A stretch of 55,628 bases of DNA, the filler included, from Catajapyx aquilonaris (lineage: Eukaryota), in assembly GCA_000934665.2 (NCBI GenBank). It is 4 parts of 4 records of this genome, joined end to end, with 100 filler letters (N's around TTAATTAATTAA, not from the genome) between each part and the next. Parts side by side here need not be neighbours in the genome. Positions count along the whole stretch, not along the records: positions 41,816 to 55,628 come from JYFJ02007993.1; 3 more parts are not named here. The stretch is one strand, 5' to 3'. A program made the position numbers and the translations under genes. Under the pieces are notes generated by a model. That model was not told the origin of the DNA. It saw only the letters and a list, made by a program, of their open reading frames with translations, and did no database searches. Shown here piece by piece: positions 50,393-55,628 of this stretch. The first letter of the stretch is position 1; each line of letters opens with the position of its first letter.

Positions 50393-50745
50393 CCGAAGCA
50401 GTTTGGTGGAGTGGATAAGGTGTTCGACTGCTAATCGGGAGGTCTTGGGTTCGAGTCCCGGGGCCAGCAATCCTAACCGTGGTTTTCTGTGGTTTCCCAT
50501 GGTCCCCCCCTGGAGGTGACTGGCAACCTAACCTCCTGGGGGACTGCACATGGCCCAGCGTTGGACATTGCACTTGCACAAGTGTCCCTTCCCCAACAAT
50601 CCCTATCCCTACCCTACATCCCTCATTATTACTTGCACGGTGATTGAAGAAAAAGTAGGAAAAAAATATGACTATATGTTGGTAATCCACTGCCCTATAA
50701 ACCCTAATCGGGTTATCACGGGGTAATAGAAAAAACAAAAATAAA
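50393..50745 (+). mobile_element. Mosaic SINE: family-2 head plus family-4 body and tail
   Basis: 50393-50499 aligns to 46611-46720; 50512-50728 aligns to ~54564-54776. Confidence 0.8.
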
Positions 50746-53700
50746 AATATCTTGTCTGGAGGAAGTTTTGGATTCCCTACAAGTTTATCACTTCTAATTT
50801 CCCGAAAGAAGTTGTGGCAGTCATAAATTAAATGATAGAGACCAGGCCTGCGAAATAATACTTTTTATTTTTTCTGCACAGTTTTATCAGTTTCTAATGT
50901 TTTTCAGTATGCTGAGTTCAGAAACACCGAGCTTTTCCCTCTATCACGTTAGGTTTTTCCACAAAGTGAGGATGGATATTCAAGAAAGTCACACACAAGA
51001 TGTAGCAGAGTAAAAAACTTGATATACAAAAAAATTAAAAATAAGCTGTGTTTTTCATTTTATTAGTTTATTAGGTTTGGCAAAGCTACCACACAGTCAA
51101 AAATCTTTATAATGCTTCTTCCCCTCGAAGCTCTGTTTAAAACTTTTCTTGTTTGCACTGAATGTGCTTCCTATCATGTTCACATTCCACTGGCCCTAGT
51201 ACCTCCATTCCATTTCCTTTAAGTCTTGGCAGGGACGGTTTAAGGATCCGCGGGGCCCGTAGCACTACTAATAGCGGGGCCTCCTGGGCTCCATGTACTC
51301 GTACATAATTGCATTTTGCAACTCCCTTGGGCAGACAGGAAAAATGATGACTGACTGACCGTAACCTTGGGTATATGCGAATGGAGAAATGGAAATATTG
51401 CATACTTGCATTAAATTTAATTGACAGAACAATAGATATTTTGAATGTTTGTCCATGACTTGCTTGAGCAGCCCATCTTTAATGTAACGGTCAGGATAAC
51501 TTTGCTGAAAATGTTTTCTAACTACGCGTATTATCCTCAACTTTAAAAATCAATCTATCAAGCTTTCATATGGTTCCCAGCTTGCTAAATCTCCATATAT
51601 AGCTTAGACTTAGATGGGACAGCACAAACTATACTGAAGGTTTCAGGGATATTTAATTAAATTCATTAATTTAGGCGTGTTTAACAGGAGTTCAATTGTG
51701 TACAAATTTTGAACTGTATTTAAACTCTTGCTCGCAAAACTTCACAAGAAGTATTCACACTCCAACTAAAATAATCCTGCATCATATACTGTAGTTATTA
51801 GGATCAATGCAGTCTTCGAGCCTAGACACTTGCAAACACACACATTTTTATCATTTTTTGGCGTCTGTTTCAAATATGTTATTCCATATTTTCTAGAAAC
51901 CACAGTTTTTAAGTAAACGGCATTTTTTAAAGTGGAAAAGAACATCCCCTGATATACAGTACTATAGGCTTGAATATGTACTGTATATGCACTATATTGC
52001 CGTATCCTCACTATCCTGGCATAAAATTCACATGTTGATTTTCTGCTGTACCTGGCTTGAGGAATAACATCCCTCTTGACATACGAAGCACAAGAGGAAT
52101 ATTGAGGTAATAATAGTTGGCACATATGACGCTGCATGGGTACATTATGAAATCCGAGTAAAATATTCACAACATAGCTTGGTTATGAGTCGTACACTGA
52201 AATTCCTCATAATTTGACACTAATTTTTAAATAGTAATGGAATTTTAAAATTAAATATACATAGGGTCATATTGAGCCATATAGGGTTTGTTTCAAGAAG
52301 ATTGTTGTCGATAGAAACCTTCTGACGTAATATGCAACACTAGCGCCTTTGAATGCGTGAAAAATATCGTACCTAATATTGTTCACTTGAAAAAATATCA
52401 TTGTTGACCAGTGTAAAATAATGTAACCACTAAAATAATTACAGACCTAGCTCTGCTGTTCAGTAGCGTGCCTGCACAAGAAGTGTGTGGCCCTGTGTGC
52501 ACTCTGCACTGTGCAGAAGTACGGGGCCTACGAGATTTTTCAGGCTTGATACCGGATGGTGAACCCTCAAGATGTACACAGGGTTGTCAATATTACATAG
52601 AGCACGACCCCAAAAAATGCATTAAAATTGCCATCCAGTTGGCCTCCAACGACCCCAGTGACTTCTTATTTCTTGCCTTGCACAGTGTACAGTGACCCTC
52701 GGCCTCGACCAGAAGTCGGGATTCCTTATTGAAGGCACCTGATTTCCCTCTGGCGAGGAAAGATAACCAGGCCGGTTTTACGTCCCAAAATTTTCATCTT
52801 CAACCTCCTGTGGGGGAGATGGGCCCCGGACTGATAGGGCCCCCCCTGCCAAGTACAGTATATCCGCCACTGATTTAACCCCCCAGTATCTGTGAAACCC
52901 GCACAGCTATACTTCCAGACCATTTTGTCTCCATCTAAACTTCATCCCTCACTTGAGCAAATAAATCTTCATTATATTGTGCGAATGTACTATGCAAGAT
53001 AATTTGCAATACTTATGTCATGCATGCTATTATGACACGTTTAACATAAACAGTCTTAAAAGATATTACAATTACGGATATTATTATTGATGCTGGATTT
53101 ATACAGAGGTTATTAATGATACGCCAAAGAAAGTATGAGTCATATGTTGGACAACATTGGTTAATCCAACAAATGACTCCAGAATAGAATCCACGTGATA
53201 GAACACATTAGCTGTCATTTTTTTATTACCTCGAAGAGACAGGAAACGTAAATATGCCAGAGCCCACTAAGGGAGGCATTGCGAGCCTGGGGGTAACAGA
53301 ATTAAAAACAGTAGAATAGCAGAGGCAGTACGTAGTGAACCGTTGTGGGATCATATTGAATCATCTTGATACCAGGTAAGCCATGCATCTCATATCAAAT
53401 TTCCATCTGCAAAGATTTTTCTTTATACAGAAGTAGGAGTAAGCATGTACCAATAAGAAGAGACAATGTGAGTTTTAAAGATGTTAGCTATTATTGTGTG
53501 TAGGATGTTATATTTAATAGAAGTGACAATGACAGTGTAACGCCTGATATTGTTGAATGTCTTCGACTCTATATTATCCCGCTGTTGGGGAACAGAAGTA
53601 ACAGTATGGATTGAGAAATAAAAGAGCAAAGTGTGAGTTCAGTAAACCATATTACGGAGTACCCAATAAAGCAGTAAATGAAATCTTTCCCCGGCTGATC

Positions 53701-53978
53701 TTATTTCCATCCAGTACTAATCTCATTTAACTTTAGTTCAGCCACTACCTGCGGTGGTCTGACAAAATGGCGCAGCCTGCAGGATAGGTTAATTGCAATT
53801 ATTCTGGTTGCATATAAGACGTTGAATGAGATACAGTAGTATACGGTTGGATGGAATAAAATATATCGCATAAATTAGAGGGGACGATGAAGATGACTAA
53901 TAACCCACAAGGCATCAATATAGGCGTAATACTGGCATTGTTTAATAGTAATTTTAGGGATAGTTAGAAGTGTATGTA

Positions 53979-54119
53979 TCAACAGTTCAAAAAGAACTGT
54001 CCCAGTCATCCTGACGTGTGGGCTGGCCGCTCGACACACACCATGTAAGTTACATGGTGTGTGTCGAGCGGGCAGCACACACATCAGGATGACTGGGACA
54101 ATTCTTTTTGAACTGATGG
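53979..54119. repeat. Near-perfect 141-bp palindrome, TA-flanked MITE-like
   Basis: 70-bp arms symmetric about G54049 (ACCATGTAA-G-TTACATGGT) with few mismatches. Confidence 0.85.
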
Positions 54120-54442
54120 TACATATGAAGTAGGAAATTAAAATGAAAAAGGATGGGTTCGGGCTAGTCTAATAAATTAAGAACTTAAGATACTGTTTAT
54201 AAACAAGCCATAAGGGTCTGATGACATGCATGATGGATGCATGAGCGGGACGGAAAAGCAGGCGGATGATGTCACGGCTTGTTCGCTGGGATATTGATTA
54301 TAACCGAGTGCTTTGTTGTTCCCTTCCAACACGGGCGTTACCGGGCCAGAGAGGATTACTTCGTACACTTCCTCCAACGAAGGGGAAAAAACTGTTTCCA
54401 ATTGTAGTAAACAAACATGGTACTGTTTAGATAGAGAAAAAT

Positions 54443-54790
54443 GGGGAGGTGTGGTGGCCGTGATGGTAAAGTCTCGGCTTGCTGTGTGAAAGGCCCCAGG
54501 TTCGATCCCCGCCTGGGGACCTTTCCTTTCACCTGCGTCAGGAGGGTCTCTGACCTGCACCAAGGAGGTGTCTGGCAACCTAACCTCCTGGGGAACAGCA
54601 CATGACCCGTTTTCAGACGTGCACTTGCACCCATGTTCCCTCCCCGAAAATCCCTATCCTTACCTCTTGTCCTTTCATCCTTGCACCGGTGTTAGAAGAA
54701 AATAATAAGAAAATTGAAGGAAAATGGTGGTAATCCCACCCCCCTATAAGGGCCCATAGCCCTAGCACGGGGTAACGTAAAAAAAAAAAA
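54443..54790 (+). mobile_element. tRNA-derived SINE family 4 with poly(A) tail
   Basis: A box TGGCCGTGATGG, B box GGTTCGATCCC; 14-bp TSD AGATAGAGAAAAAT at 54429-54442 and 54791-54804. Confidence 0.88.
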
Positions 54791-55134
54791 AGATAGAGAA
54801 AAATACACTAATCCGAATATCTCTATACCTATAAATAAGGAAGCTTCATTGTTAGTTTGTTTGGATGTTTGTCACTTATAGAAATCCAGGGGAAGGCCCC
54901 TACACCGCCTTAAATTAGCATATCGGGGGTTACTTTTTCCAAGGAATCTCACGCCGCATGTGTCAGCTTCCGAAAATGTACCTAACTCCCACAACACGCA
55001 TATTCCTGCCTCAACAATTAGCTTACATCAATAACAATAAATCAATTTGCATTCCCATGGAAATGCCTCTCTTTTTTTAGCTATTTACCTCCCTGTAACG
55101 TACCACCAAGGAGTTCAGCTATATTATATATATA

Positions 55135-55366
55135 CCTAGAGGAGGCACTCGTGCTGAAATGTGAGGCAGGCAACAATGCAGGCAACAATATTACCTCCAA
55201 CAAGATGGCGAATGCCTGACATTATTGAACTAATTGTCGCCCAGTTTTCATTATTGGTAGATGTCCCAGTTGCTAGACAACTGTTAGAACAACAATATTA
55301 CCTCCAACAAGATGGCCGTTACCTCAGCCTGTCTAATGGAAAAGGATAGGGAGTACCTCCTCTAGG
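55135..55366. mobile_element. Small TA-flanked MITE
   Basis: TA|CCTAGAGGAGGCACTC ... GAGTACCTCCTCTAGG|TA. Confidence 0.6.
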
Positions 55367-55378
55367 TATTATATTATA

Positions 55379-55628
55379 CAGGGTGTTTATTGTAACTCTG
55401 CAAATACTTTCAGGGGTAATAGAGGGGACCTAGACAAGTATTTTTGACATAGGAACCCGTGTCCGGAAACGCCATCTAGAGGGGGTTCATAGACAAGGAA
55501 CGGGTGCGCTCAGACGCGTCATGCGGGAGGCGCTAGTCGAGCGGACTGTTTTGTTGATAGATGGCGCGCAGTTGTTGCCAGGTTATGGCGTATCGTGTTG
55601 TTGTTTACTTACAACAACGCGATACGCC
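55379..55628. mobile_element. Left arm of MITE family M1, cut by window end
   Basis: Nearly identical to 43393-43900 without the nested MITE. Confidence 0.85.

Noticed and set aside
51090..52930. Minus-strand coding-like fragments, possibly an old transposase
   Set aside because: Many stops and no diagnostic motif I could identify; needs TBLASTX/HMM search.

Overview
Eukaryotic (arthropod, probably hexapod; inference) genomic DNA. The window is four unlinked ~13.8-kb scaffolds joined by artificial 100-bp spacers (44 N + TTAATTAATTAA + 44 N): A 1-13784, B 13885-27834, C 27935-41715, D 41816-55628. A carries the 5' part of an axonemal outer-arm dynein heavy chain gene (- strand) head-to-head with the dynein assembly factor kintoun/DNAAF2 (+ strand). 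A small odorant-binding-protein-like gene lies between them, and RFX/forkhead-like motifs sit upstream of kintoun. B is non-coding, almost free of recognisable TEs, and looks like developmental cis-regulatory or intronic DNA. C holds an RT-deleted Utopia-type retrotransposon outside U2 snRNA, a complete 7-exon PPP1R36-like gene, a Sola1 DNA transposon interrupted by an RTE-X LINE and a solo LTR, and an NSD/Mes-4-like fragment cut by a Helitron-like end. D is a TE graveyard: a DD41D (rosa) element, nested MITEs, a non-autonomous piggyBac and several tRNA-derived SINEs, including a mosaic one. All family calls come from manual motif recognition; no database search was run. No prokaryotic system or CRISPR array was seen.
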